A stretch of DNA of 64,000 nt, taken from contig NC_086108.1 in assembly GCF_963921235.1 (NCBI RefSeq), positions 60,390,001-60,454,000 on the forward strand, given 5' to 3'. Position 1 is the stretch's first letter; each line of letters begins with the position of its first letter. This DNA comes from Mobula hypostoma. Its lineage: Eukaryota. Shown here in pieces: positions 1 to 13,049 of this stretch. A program made the translations under genes and the position numbers. The notes under the pieces are model-generated. The model was not told the DNA's origin, made no database searches, and saw only the letters and a list, made by a program, of their open reading frames with translations.

Positions 1-134
1 ACTATTAAAGAGTAGTCTCTTTACATCACTGTTCCTCTGCAGAAAAGCTCAAACAAATTCATATTTGTGCGCATGCAGCCTGTTACAGCCGTTCTGATCA
101 CTATTCTTACTTTTTTCTTCTTACTTTTTAACTT

Positions 135-1018
135 ACGCTATTTTTGGTATTTTTTTTCCCATGGTAACATGTTGAAACTGCACCCTCTCTAACATGCTGG
201 TAGAGAGAGTTTTATTTGGGTTTTTAGCACTGGAAATAGTTACATCCCAACACGCGGGACAGAAGCATGGTTGCATCGTGTATTCCAGGGACCAGCTGCT
301 TGTGCTTATGCCCGCCAGTTTAGTGAGCAGAACGGCGGACACCCCTGCTGAAATCTGGAGGAAAACACACAGAGGATGCAGAGGGGGATCACAAAGTCGG
401 GAAAGAGGACCGGGTCGAGACAACAGAGACTTATGGAGAAGAGGAGTTCAGTGGGTAATAAAATGGACGAGTTCACAGCGCTAGCCTGGCGTCAGAGAAC
501 ATTTTGGGAGTGCAGTGTGATGTGTTTCACTGGAATGGGGCTGCACAAAGACATACCCGATCAAAACTTTTCCATGGATGGCTTCCAGACCGCTCGGGCT
601 GACCGGAAGTGCACTGAGAGCAGTAAGCATAAAGGAGTTGGGTGCTTACTGTTCTGGTTAACAGCAGATGGTGCAATCCGGGTCATATTACGATTGAGGA
701 ACATGTTTGTAGACTGGATATTGAACTTTTTACTGTTGGACTTCAGCCATATTCCACTGAGATACAACACTGGGCGGCATGGGAGGTCGTTCCTGCCTGT
801 GGCCATCGAACTTGCAGCTCCACCCATGGAGGGTCAGACACCCTGAGCTAATAGACTAGTCCTGGACTTATTTTCCATCTGCATAGTTTGCATTTTGTTG
901 TTTGATTGTTTGTGGTTTTCGTATTGCTATATTTATGCTGTATTCTTGGTTGGTGCGGCTGTAAAGAAACACAATTTCCCTCGGGATCAATAAAGTATAT
1001 CTATCTATCTATCTATCT
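135..1018 (+). mobile_element. Internally deleted Rex1/Babar-type LINE (APE N-terminus joined directly to the ORF C-terminus and 3' UTR)
   Basis: Endonuclease-like SVGNKMDEF..ECSVMCFT...FQTARADR and VNSRWCNPGH segments join near 750 to the C-terminal TGRHGRSFLPVAI. Ends GGGATCAATAAAG plus a (TATC)n tail. Confidence 0.7.
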
Positions 1019-1188
1019 GTTTCCTTGGTACAATTCCAAACTGCTGTATGTTGCCTACTCAAGGAAAGCATAATTATAACTACTGCTTAAGAGCACTTAG
1101 CAGAGATTTTTTTTTGTTCCATGTCATTTGAAAATCATAATTGCAAACAAGCCTGAGGGTCATTTAAGGCTCCATTAATATGTTGTAG

Positions 1189-1380
<192 letters not shown>

Positions 1381-2180
1381 TGAGTTTCATGTAAACCTTG
1401 TCTCTGCTGTTCCTTCACTTGCCCAGGCTTTGAGGTTGTCATACAAAAAAAACATCAGAATGAATTTTCAGGAATTCTTTTGGCCTGCACCCAGTTATTG
1501 GATGGTGAGTGAGTTTGGCGACAGAGTATTTTCAAGTACAATATTATCCCTTGTGAACCATACCAACATTATTCCATTGATGTTCAAACAATTCTGTACT
1601 TCTAAAACAATCGTTTTGAGAGCTACAGATGAACTATACCATGTTTTTAACATTACAATGTCTTTTTATCTATGTTATTTTATTTCAAAATACAGTCTTT
1701 CAAATTATTCTATGTAAAAGACCCAAAGGAACTATATGGAAGAAGAGTAGGAAAATTATCCAAAGAAATTATCCAATGAAGAATGATGGATTTGCTTTTA
1801 AACCACTATTTGAAGGGATGGGCACAGCATAGTTTGGCAGCCATGTACCATGCTCAGTGGGATCCTCTGCCCCAGATACTCAGTTATTAGATACGCCTAA
1901 CAATGAGGATGATAGATTTTGTACATCAAAATACTCAATAGATTGTCAAGCCAGTTTATGTTGCATTGAAGACGTGCTGTATAGTAATTTAGCTACCTGA
2001 CGAGCATCCTGAGCGGAGCAGTGATCCAGGAACATGTCTATCGAAGTTGTAAATCCAAATTCAAGTAATTAAATAAATCTGCAATTTTGTAGTCCTTGTA
2101 ATAGTAACACGATTATTCTGAGAACCTATCTGATTCAATAATGTCTTTCAGGGAAGAAATCTGTCTAGCGTATGTGATTT

Positions 2181-4877
2181 CATAAGACCATAAGACATAG
2201 GAGTAGAAGTAAGCCATTTGCCCCATCGAGTCTGCTTTGACATTTAATCGTGGCTGATCTTTTTTTTCCCTCCTCAGCCCTACTCCCTAGCCTTCTCCTC
2301 ATAACCTTTGATGCTGTGTCCAATCAAGAATCTATCAAGCTTGCCTTAAATACACAAAATGACCTGGCCTCCAGAGCTGCGTGTGGTAATAAAAGAGCTG
2401 TGGCTAAAGAAATGTCTCCACATCTCTGTTTTAAATGGGTGCACCTCTGTCCTTAGGCTGTGCCCTCTTGTCCTAGACTCCCCCACCATGGGAAGCATCC
2501 TTTCCACATCTACTCTGTCTAGGCCTTTCAACATTCAAAAGGTTGCAATGTGATCCCCCTCATCCTTCTAAATTCCAGTGAGTACAGAACCAGAGCTATA
2601 AAATGTTCCTCATATGATAACCCTTTCATTCCTGGAATCATCCTTGTGAACCTCTGTGGAACCTCTACAATGCTAGCAGATCTTTTCTTAGACGAGGAGC
2701 CCAAAACTGTTCACAATACTCTAAGTGAGGACTCACCAGTGCCTTATAAAGCCTTGGCATCCCATCCCTGCTCATATAGACCTCTTGAAATGAACGCTGT
2801 CATTGCATTTGTCTTCTTCACCACTGAATGAACCTGCAGGTTAACCTTCAGGGTGTTCTGCACAAGGACGTCGAAGTCTCTTTGCATCTCAGATTTTTGG
2901 ATTTTATCCCAGTCTGGAAAATAGTCTGCACATTTATTTCTTCTACCAAAGTGCATGACCATACATTTTCCAACATTGTATTTCATTTGCTACTTCCTTG
3001 CCGGATCCCCTAATCTGTCTAAGTCCTTCTGCAGCCTACCTGTTTCCTCAAAACTACCTGCCCTTCCTCCAATCTTCATGTCATCTGCAAACTTAGCAAG
3101 AAAGTAATCTGTTTCATCATCTAAATCATTGATATACAGCATAAAAAGAAGTGGTCCCAACACCAACCCCTGCGGAACACCACTTGTCACTGGCAGCCAA
3201 CCAGACAAAGACCCTTTAATTTCTACTCGCTGCTTCATACCAATCAACCAATGCTCTAATCATGCCAGTAACTTTCCTGTAATACCATGGGCTCTTAACT
3301 TGGCAAGCAGCCACATGTGTGACACCTTGTCAAAGGTCGTCTTAAAGTCCAGATACAAAACATTCACTGCATCCCATTTATCTATCCTACTTGATATGTC
3401 CTCAATGAATTCCTACAGGTTTGTCAACCACTGAGGTCAGGCTAACTGGTTTATAATTTCCTTTCTGCTGCTTTCCTCCTTAAAGAATAGAGTGACATTT
3501 GCAAATTTCCAGTCCTCTGACACCAATGATTTTTGAAAGATCATCACTAATGCCTCCACAATCTCTACCACTACATCTTTAGGAACCCTAGGGTGCAGTT
3601 CATCTGGTCCAGGTGACTTGTGTACTCTTAGGTCTTTTAGCTTTTTGAGCACCTTCTCCCCTGTAATAATAACTGCACTCACTTCTCTTCCCTCGCACCC
3701 TTCAACACCTGGCACACCGCTAGTGTCTTCCGCAGTGAAGAGTGATGCAAAATACTCATTTAGTTCATCTGCCATCTCCTTGTCCCTTGTTATTATTCTT
3801 ACGGCCTCATTTTCTAGCAGTCCTATATCCACTCATCTCTCTTTTCTTTTTTTACAGACTTACAAAAACTTTTACTTTCCATTTTGAAATAGTTTGCTAG
3901 CTTGCTTTCAAATTTCATCTTTTCCCTCCTAATGAATCTTTTAGTTGCTCTATGTAGCTTCCCAATCCTCTGTCTTCTCACTAAGTTTTGCTTTATTGTA
4001 TGCCTTCTCTTTTGCTTTTACATTATGCTTTGATTTCACTTGTCAGCCATGGTTGGACTATTTTGCCATTTGAGTATTTCTTTGTTTTTGGAATACATCT
4101 ATCTTGCACCTTCCTCATTTTTCCCAGAAACACACACCATTGCTGCTTTGCTGTCATCCCTGCCAGCAGTTCCTTCTAATTTACTTTGGCTAACTCCCCT
4201 GTAATTTCCTTTACTCCACTGAAATATTGCCATATTACAGATTTTACTTTCTCCCTATCAAATTTCAAATTGAATTCAATCATGTTGTGATCACTCTCTG
4301 TTAAGGGTTCCTTTACCTTAAGCTCCCTAACCACCTTTGGTTCACTACATAACACCCAATCCAGTATCACTGATCCCCTAGTGGGCTCAATGACAAACTG
4401 CTTTAAAAAGCCATCTCGTAGGCATTCAACAAACTCACTCTCTTGAGATCCATTATCAACCTGATTTCCCCAATTGACCTGTATGTTGAACTCTCCCATG
4501 ACTATCATAACATTGTCCTCTTCATAAGCCTTTTTTATTTCCTGTTATAATCTGTGGTCTACATCCTAGCTACTGTTGGGAGGCCTGTATATAACTGCCG
4601 TCAGGGCCCTTTTACACCTGCAGTTTTTTAACTCAACTCTCAAGGAATCAACATCTTCTGATCCTATGTCACACCTGTCTACTGATTTGATGCCATCCTT
4701 TACCAGCAGAGCCACACCACCCCCTCTGCCTGCCTACCTATCCCTCCAATAAAACATGTAACCTTGGATTCAGTCCCCAACTACAACCATTCTTCAGCCA
4801 CGATTCAGTGGTGGCCACAGCATCATGCCTGACCATCTGTAATAGTGCAACAAGATCATCCACCTTATTTCTTATAC
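2181..4877 (-). mobile_element. CR1 LINE, decayed ORF2 (APE and RT)
   Basis: Fragments SIRNKVDDL, GEFN..VNW, KSPGPD, SGVPQG, KFADD and RTRGHS; tail repeat CATAAGAC at 2181. Confidence 0.92.
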
Positions 4878-5399
4878 ACCAGCCACTATGGCTTGTTTGT
4901 TTGGGAACAATCAAGAATAGATATCCAATGCCTGCATTGCTAGTGGACTAAAGAATATTCAGAATTAAACCAACTATCTAGCCCTCAGCCTCATGCGAAG
5001 ATGAGATGCCTTTAACTATCAACAGGGTGATACACAGTCTGAGACAAAGGGGGGATGGAGACTGACTTAAACCAAGTGGAAGATACTGTGTTGACCAGAG
5101 AGAGGGGTCATCCCCATCTTTCTGTCGGCCAACAGAGTCTGGATGGACTGCATGACCACCTCCTGCTTCTCTTTCTTCTGTTCTGCGTTATAAGTATTGG
5201 TAATAACTTTGCATTAACTGTAAAATGTTTCAGGGATTTGATAAAAGGCTTTACTTTTTATCTATCTTCCTTTGCAATGTAAACAACTGGTCCTCAAGGC
5301 CAAGATCCACAACAAATCTGTGGATAACTTTTCAAGTGGAGGTTCAGCATGGCCTTTGCTCCCGTAAGTTGTGCCAGTCCAATGTATTTTGGGAATTAG

Positions 5400-6092
5400 G
5401 TTGTGCACTTTGGGATATCAGATACTAATTAACAGAGTAAATAGCAGGGACCTCAACAGTGTGAACATACAAGAGGCATCTTGTGATACATATTCATAGT
5501 ATCCTGAAAATCACGACAGAGGTGGATAGGGTAATGAAAGGCATTTTACATACTTGCGTTCAGAGGCCAAGGCATTGATTGTGAATTGGGATGTCATGTT
5601 ACAGCTGTATAAATCATTGGTCAGGTTGCACTTGGAGTATCACATACAGTTCTGGCCACTGCACCACACGAAGGACGTGGTGGTGTTAGAAAGAGAGAGC
5701 AGAAGAGACTCATCAAAATGTTGTATTGGGATATAAGAGGGGTGGCCTTCAAAAGTTTATAAAATTATTGGGTTCATAGACAGGATGGATCACCACAGTC
5801 TTTTCTCTGAGGTGGGGAACTAGAAGGCACAGGTTTAAGATGAGGGGAAAATTTAAAGGAGATCTGAGAGGCAGATTTTTACTCAGAGAGCCATGGTTAT
5901 AAGGAAGGAGCTGCCAGAAGAAGTGGTGGAGGCAGATCCAATCACATTTAAAAAGCATTTGGACAGGAACTTGGATAAGGCAGTAGAAGGACAGAGATCT
6001 AATGCGAGCAAATGGGATTAGCCAGATAGGCATCGTGCTTGGCATGGATGAAGAGGGCCAAAGGGCCCACTTATATGCTGTGCCACTCTGAT
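5400..6092 (+). mobile_element. Old CR1 3' fragment
   Basis: DVMLQLYKSLVRLHLEY..QFW plus a CR1-type 3' UTR. Confidence 0.8.
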
Positions 6093-8564
6093 TCCTGGAA
6101 CTCCTGTGCTGTCCAATAGGCTACACGAGCTTCTATAAATTTTCCCACCACACCAGGTTAATATGGCATGTGTACAATGAGCTCACTGAATGTCAATGGG
6201 CGAAATAAGCTGCTGAGAGAACGTTGAGGAAGGTTTATTTTAAATTTGATTTTAATTACTTTAGTTTAAATTTCTTGTTTTTCAAAATGAGTCTTTCTAA
6301 ACATAAAACATATTACATTTTTTTTTAACATTTAAACATTAGTTTATGACATGTCTTGAGTGATTGCAAACATTGAAGACATTCACATTAATCTGATCAA
6401 CAGATTTGATCTCAAGTGAGCCGGGTGGTGGCGTGGAGCAGGCACAGTGGGTGGGTTGCAGGTCCTCAGCTCTGTCAGTACTGTTGTCATTTGTAAAAGG
6501 AGAGTCCCTGTGCACCGGTCTGAATGGAAGACTACAACAAGGAGCGTGCTGGACATAATGTCATGGTCCAGGACACAATAATCTCAGTTTAGCCAAAGAC
6601 CTCCCTCATTGTCTGCTCAAGAAGTGTCTGTATTATAACATAGATCTTCACTTTGAATAAATATGATGAATTGAGGATTTTTTATGTTTTCTGTTTAGAT
6701 AAAATTTTAAAAAATACTGCGAGGTGTTAGAAAGGGATAAATTAATAAATCACATGTTAATCTAATGTTACATTTGATATTGAACAGTGGCAGATTTCAA
6801 GTTTAAACTACTACATGGAGAAAAGAAGCACTCAGTGCATGTTCTCTTTGATTGGAGTTGGATGAAAAATACCATAAGAGTCACCTAAGGGAAATTCAAC
6901 CTCTTGTAAACCTGCAGAGCTAACATTGGCATTAAGAGAGTATTCTTTTTGGCTTAACCATCCCTGAAAAACATTAGCCTCCTAAACAGAAGTACAAAGC
7001 TCTCAGGAGGGATTGGATTCAAAGATTTAAAGTACATTTATTATCAGAGTATGTGCCTGGATGTGGTATACAACCCTGAGATTCGTCTTCCCCATAGACA
7101 GCCGCGAAACAAAGAAAGGAAACCACTGAACCCATTCAAAGAAAAATGCAAACACTCAACGCGCAGAGAAAGAACAAATCACATGAATGGCAAAAAATGA
7201 GCAAAAAACACAATATAAAACACCAAACCTCAAATCATCAAAGCATATTCAGTTCAGTTCATTTTGAGTGTAGTTCTGTGTCATTCATTAACTTCAGGCA
7301 GAGCCAGTCTGCTCAGATCAAAATAGCAACAAAAAAAAGGAGAAATCAGAAACCAGAAGCACATCATAACATGAACTATAGAGGCCAATCCACAAATAGT
7401 GTCGATTAAACCTTCCCCAAGACCCAGGTCTCTGGCACCATCCCCTGTCAGCATCGAGCAAGAGGGAGAGAGAGAGACCATTTAAACACAGTGACTCCCC
7501 TCCAGGATCAGTGGATGAGTGGGAGAGAGAAACTGTCACACAGAGACACCTTCCTCCAGCAACAGTGAGTGAGAGGCTGGTAGGCAGCGCTGAACACGCT
7601 CTCTTTTTTTTGCTCTCGTCTTGGTGATTTCAATCTTTAATTGTCAGGAAATGTCATGGGTTGGCGCCCTGTCTCCAGGCTTCTTGGCTTCCAGCCCACA
7701 CGCATTGCTCAAACCTCACTGAACCCCCAGAGCACCACCAAAATGTAGATCACAGGCTCCAACAGTAGCAGAAGCACATTTGAAAGAAAGAGAAATGAAA
7801 GTAGCTTTGTGAACCCTCTGAAGGATTGAAAGTGCTGTTTAAATATCTGTGCTCTAACAATTCCTTCAAACAACTTTAAAAAATCTCATTGATTAGCAGC
7901 TGAAAACTGGCTTAACCTGGGAAAAAGCAACATCGTACCCAAAAGACCTATTGGAAAGTTCAACTCCTGACTTTTAGGCTAGGAGATTCTTTTTAAACTG
8001 ATTTTTATATTGACTTTCGCTTTAGTTTAATTTATATGTGCCTTTGAGCTCATGTCATGTAAATGTTTAAATGACTCTCAATAACAAATGTCAGGAAATT
8101 GCTTTAATATTTCTAATTGTGATCTTTGAGCCAACACATTGAAACAGCTTAACCACCTATTTCAAGGAGAAATTTCCCGTTGTCAGCATGTCACCCTCCA
8201 GAAGTACGCAGCATGCTTGAAACACAACACCGATCTCAACCATATTTTCATCTTGCACCTTCTGCAGTCTGTAGAAAAATCTACACTATTATTTCAGTCA
8301 ACTTATCTTTAGTTAGGCAGAAAATCATTAACTAACAAAATAAATGGCTGTGTGAATTGAGCTGAGCTGAGCCAAGCAGCCTTGTGTGATAATGTACAAT
8401 TCAAAGTCTTCAGTGCAGGTAATCACTGGCATAAAGAAGACTGATCAGACAGTTATGCGATTAAAGTATAACAGAAACCATGGAGGTACTTTTAACCCTT
8501 TCGCTCACAACCTTTCCCTGTGCCTTGGGCCTTCCCATCTAGCCCAGCAGATGGAGAGGATTGG

Positions 8565-9075
8565 ACACAAGAAATTAGGAGCTGGAGTAGGCCATTCTGT
8601 GTCTGTACTCTACCCACCATTCAGTATGATAATGCTGACATCAACTTCTCATCTATGCCGGTACCCTCGATTGCTCAATCTTTCAAATTTTTACCTATCT
8701 CCACTTTAAATGTATTTTATTGGCTGGCCTCAACTACACTTGAGGACAGAGAATTCCAGACATTCAGTACCTACTGAGAGAAGAAATTTTGAAGCGCCTC
8801 AATTTTAAATTCCTTTGTTCAAGACTTTCCCACTGGTGAGAACACCTCAACATCAACAATGTCAAGCCCCCCCCCCCCACCCTTCAAGATCTTGTATATC
8901 TGAACATTCACCTTTCATCCTTCTAATTTCCAAAGAGTACAAACCCAACCTGTCTAATCTCTCATTCAGGAATTAGCTGGACTATCTCCTTTGGACTACG
9001 TCCAATGTTGCTACATCCAAGAACAAAACTCTGCACAGTATTCTAGGTGTAGCCTCACCAGTATGCTATACAACT
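8565..9075 (-). mobile_element. Old CR1 3' fragment
   Basis: Degenerate similarity to the CR1 3' ends elsewhere in the window (GGAGTAGGCCATTC, ACAGTATTCTAGGTGTAGCCTCACC). Confidence 0.65.
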
Positions 9076-9331
9076 ACAAAACTTAATATATCTTTAAAGA
9101 GCAGGAGCTGTGATTATTGCTGTGACATCATGTTTTTTTTACCACCGTAGGCCAGAACAAGGAGATGCAAGTTGTTCTCCTATCCAAACAGGTTCTCTAT
9201 GGCAGTGAAGTGTTATAATTACCTGAACACCCTCCCTACAATTCATGAGAACTCACATTGCTGATGTTTCCATGGTGAAGCCTATGTCTGTGAGGACAAG
9301 AGTTTAAACCTTTCAGGGAGCAGCTAGAATT

Positions 9332-10510
9332 TACTCACAACATGCTGGAGGAACTCAGCAGATTGGGCAGCATCCGTGGAAAAGATCGGTCGACATTTCG
9401 GGCCGGAACCCTTCATCAGGACTGTAGGGGGAAAGGGCAGAGGCCCTATAAAGAAGGTGGGGGGAGGGTGGGAAGGAGAAGGCTGGGAGGTTCCAGGTGA
9501 AAAACCAGTAAGGGGAAAGATAAAGGGGTGGGGGAGGGGAAGCAGGGAGGTGATAGGCAGGAAAGGTGAAGAAAGAATAGGGGAAAGCACAATGGGTAGT
9601 AGAAGGAGGTGGAACCAAGAGGGAGGTGGTAGGCAGCTGGGGGAGGGGGCAGAGTGACATAGGGATAGGGGAAGGGAGGGGGAGGGAATTACCGGAAGTT
9701 GGAGAATTCTATGTTCATACCAAGGGGCTGGAGACTACCTAGACGGTATATGAGGTGTTGCTCCTCCAACCTGAGTAGTTGATCTACTGGGAGATCCTGT
9801 CTGTTTTGGTGGACGGAGCGGAGGCGCTCGATGAAGCGGTCCCCCAATCTACATTGGGTTTCACCGATGTAGAGGAGGCCACACCAGAAGCACAGGATGC
9901 AATAGATGACCCCAGCAGACTCACAAGTGAAGTGTTGTCTCACCTGGAAGTACTGTTTGGGGCCCTGAATGGTGGCAAGAGAGGAGGTGTAAGGACAGGT
10001 GTAGCACTTGCGCTTACAGGGATAAGTGCCAGGTGGGAGATCCGTGGGAAGGGATATGTGGACCAGGGAGTCGCGGAGGGACCGATCCCTGTGGAAGGCG
10101 GAGAGGGGTGGAGAGGGAAAGATGTGCTTAGTGGTGGGGTCCTGTTGAAGGTGGCAGAAGCTGCGGAGGATAATGTGCTGGATCCGGAGGCTGGTGGGGT
10201 GGTAGGTGAGGACAAGGGGAACTCTGTCCCTGTTGTGGTGGCGGGAAGATGGGGTGAGAGCCGAAGTGCGGGAAATGGAGGAGAGGCGGGTGAGGGCGTC
10301 ATTGATGACAGCAGAAGGGAAACCACAATCCTTAAAGAAAGAGGACATTTGAGATGTTCTGGAACGGAAATCCTCATCCTCGGACCAGATGCGGCAGAGA
10401 CGGAGGAACTGGGAATAGGGAATGGCATTTTTGCATGTAGTGGGGTGGGAAGAGGTATAGTTGAGGTAGTTATGAGAGTCAGTGGGCTTGTAGAAGATGT
10501 GAGTGGATGT
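9332..10510 (-). mobile_element. Penelope-like retroelement fragment (RT thumb, GIY-YIG endonuclease, terminal repeat)
   Basis: FYKPTDSHNYLNYTSSHP..KNAIPYSQFLRL and VIYCI.C..CGLLYIGET..RLGDRF, ending P.GMNIEF. Followed by a pyrimidine-rich UTR and a terminal repeat. Confidence 0.9.
9386..9425 (-). ncRNA. Minimal hammerhead ribozyme motif in the Penelope terminal repeat (probably degenerate)
   Basis: Minus strand ACAGTC-CTGATGA-A-GGG(TTCCGG)CCC-GAAA-TG-TC-GACCGA: both core boxes, stem II and a partial stem I. Confidence 0.6.
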
Positions 10511-10511
10511 C

Positions 10512-10990
10512 CCTGTCATCAACATCCTGGGAGTCGTCATTGTAGAGCAGGTCAGAAGCTGGGCATTCTGAAGAGCATGGCACAGTGCCAGACCCAGCAA
10601 AACCTTTGCCACATTAAAAAGGCCGAATTTGGGAGTGTGGTGGGGCATCCTCCACTTGGACGGATGAGTGCAAGGCCAACCACACTGAGAAGGCTCAACA
10701 ACTTCCAGACAAAGGGGCTGACTTGAGCTGGTCACTCTCCTAATGTACATTCGCTCTGCCTTTGGACACAGCAGCTTCCAGTGTGTGCCATCCAGAAAAT
10801 GCACTGCAATGACTCACCCGGGCTGCTCCAACTGCTCCTGTCAAACATAAAACCACTACCGGCAAAGACAAAGGCAATAGGAACATACTAATGCACCATC
10901 TGTGGATTTCTCTTCACACGTACTGATTTTGAGAGATATTTCTGGTCCATAATAGTTGCTGGGTCTGAATCCTGCAACTCTCTTCTCACC
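10512..10990 (+). mobile_element. Decayed CR1/L2-clade LINE 3' fragment
   Basis: RAGQKLGIL...QNLCHI.KA...MSA.PTTLRRLNNFQ resembles an RT C-terminal region. Confidence 0.55.
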
Positions 10991-10994
10991 CATC

Positions 10995-11440
10995 AAAATC
11001 AGAATCAGGTTTAAAATCATTGGCGTATGTCATGAAATTTGTTGTTTTGCAGCAGCAATAAGTTGCAATATATAATAATAAAAAAAACTACACGTTATAG
11101 TAAGAATGATATTATTAAAAAAAGAAAATTAAATTAAGTAGTGCAAATTGAGAAGGAAAAATACAGAGGTAGTGTTCATGGGTTCATTGTCTGTTCAGAA
11201 ATCTGATGGCAGAGGGGAAGGAGCTCTTTCCTGACACATTGAGTGTATGCTTTCTGACTCCTGTACCTCCTCCTTGATGATAGCAATGAGAAAAGGGCAT
11301 GTCCTGGGTGATGGGGGTCTTTTAATGATGGATGCTACTTTTTAAGGCATTGCGTTCTGAAGGTGTTCTGGATGTTGAGGAGACTCATGCCCATGATGGT
11401 GCTGGCTGAGTTTACAACGTTCAGCAGCTTTTTCCTCTGC
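10995..11440 (-). mobile_element. Rex1/Babar-like LINE 3' end (related fragment at about 13345-13640)
   Basis: AATCAGAATCAG tail; both regions share the segments GTTCAGAAATCTGATGGCAGAG and AGGGCATGTCCTGGGTG. Confidence 0.6.
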
Positions 11441-12915
11441 CTTTAAATGACTGAACTGGCCTGTCTTTGTGGAGAATTCTGAAGCCATTGAACTGCAGTG
11501 CTGCATCTGAAATGACAGTGGATAACCATATTTCCATGAAGCAAATACACAGCAGTCCCCGATGTCCCTGTGGTACAGAAATCTTGCTCTGAGGTCTTCA
11601 GTTTTATTCTTCTGTGTAGTCAGGAGTGGAAGTGTAAGGCCTCTGCATTTCAGTCTTGCCTGTAGACAAGTGCAGTATCCCTGCTTCTGTTTTTTCGAAG
11701 AGGAACTGCCCTTGCGACCCGAGCTTACTGTCCGAGGTTTGTCGATTTTGAGTATCGATAGATTTTTTTTTAAAAATGTCTTAAGACAATGCCGATTACT
11801 GAAGTACTGTACCATGGTTGTGACTGTGGATTTCAGCTTCGGTAGTCCTAAATGGGAATATTTGTTGTTTCCTTTAAGAGCTGCAAGCAAACAGCTGCCA
11901 CTGAATGGTGCTGTCCTACCAGAAGATGGGAGTACATTTGACAGAAAGAGTGCATCAGTTCAAGAAGACAGTCCAATAGCAGCTTTGTAAGGCCATGAAT
12001 GATAGGCAACAGATGCTGACCTTGCAAGCAATGCCATTTTTCCAAAATAATGAATAAATATAAAGAACATTGACATTTGTGAAACCATGGATCCTTTCTT
12101 CAGTATCAATCCATTCTCTTCGGGAAGTAATAAAAATGTGGGGCCATGATTGGTGAGGTTCTTTAAATTGCAGTACATGGAGGGAACATGCTTCCATCAC
12201 ATAAGCAGAGCAGGGTCCTGGTTCACTTTAAGGTCCCCTACTGTGAGTTCTCCCTTTCCTCACCCTCCCGGGTATTCTCCTCTCGATTTACCTGAGAGTC
12301 TGTGAGCCTACCTTTGATGACAGTCCGTGCCCACCATCCACCTAAGGTGGCATTCTGCTCACTGGTTAATTCTCCCCTTCTGCTTTGGTGGCTTATCAAC
12401 ACTACAGAGAAGGCAGGCGAATTAAAGCTAGTTGTGGCTCTCAGTCGTTCCCCAATTTGCCCGGATTCTTATCCCAGATAGAATGTACCAGATATACCAG
12501 TTTTATGTTGTCTGGTTATTTAATAGCTAGAGGGGGTTGAGTGTACATGTGTCTTGTACATTTTCGAGCCTTCGGCTAAAAGGCCAAAATTCAGACTGAC
12601 TAAGCAATGGGCTGACATTTCAGGGATTATTAAGCAGTCCTTGAGCAATCACTAACAAAAATTGAACATACCACTGTGGAAGTAGAAGGCCAAGAGCATT
12701 GAAACCACTCCATCTCTAATTCATTGCTTCTAGTTCAAAAATTCCTCTCGTTGGAACAGGCCAAAAAAATCTCAGTTTTGACTGGTAGCAATACTTGTTC
12801 AAGTATATGTTGTGATCTCTGCATTAAACAGTGAACTTGCACCTTTTTACTCTTTGGAACTTCCATACAAGATTACCTGTGTTTTAATAAGTCACGTCTC
12901 TTTGTTGCTTGGCAG

Positions 12916-13049
12916 GGGTATGCTCAATAAGATGCCTTATATCACAATGTGCATTAAGGAGTCTCTGCGTCTCTGCCCCCCTGTCCCAGGAATAGCCAGG
13001 AAGCTGAACAAACCACTCACATTCTTTGATGGGAGGACAGCGCCTGAAG
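12916..13049 (+). CDS. CYP4B1-like: CYP4 gene 1, exon 9 equivalent (K-helix ExxR)
   Basis: CAG acceptor and GT donor; 134 nt, phase-compatible with the previous exon. Translates (W)[44 protein letters not shown](G). Confidence 0.95.

Noticed and set aside
5040..5385. Coding-looking minus-strand stretch (..AEQKKEKQEVVMQSIQTLLADRK..)
   Set aside because: It is short, interrupted by stops, and has no recognisable homology or splice context, so I cannot support it without a search.
9425..9690. G-rich tract with G-quadruplex potential
   Set aside because: It is the complement of the pyrimidine-rich Penelope UTR; nothing suggests a separate function.
9689..10804. 371-aa ORF and the 315-aa antisense ORF 9779-10726 as host genes
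   Set aside because: The first is a chance fusion of a Penelope ORF with the antisense of an adjacent LINE fragment, and it has a deletion in the endonuclease region. The second is its antisense shadow.
11960..11962. In-frame TGA as selenocysteine in the unassigned antisense frame
   Set aside because: There is no selenoprotein-like context and no identifiable SECIS element.
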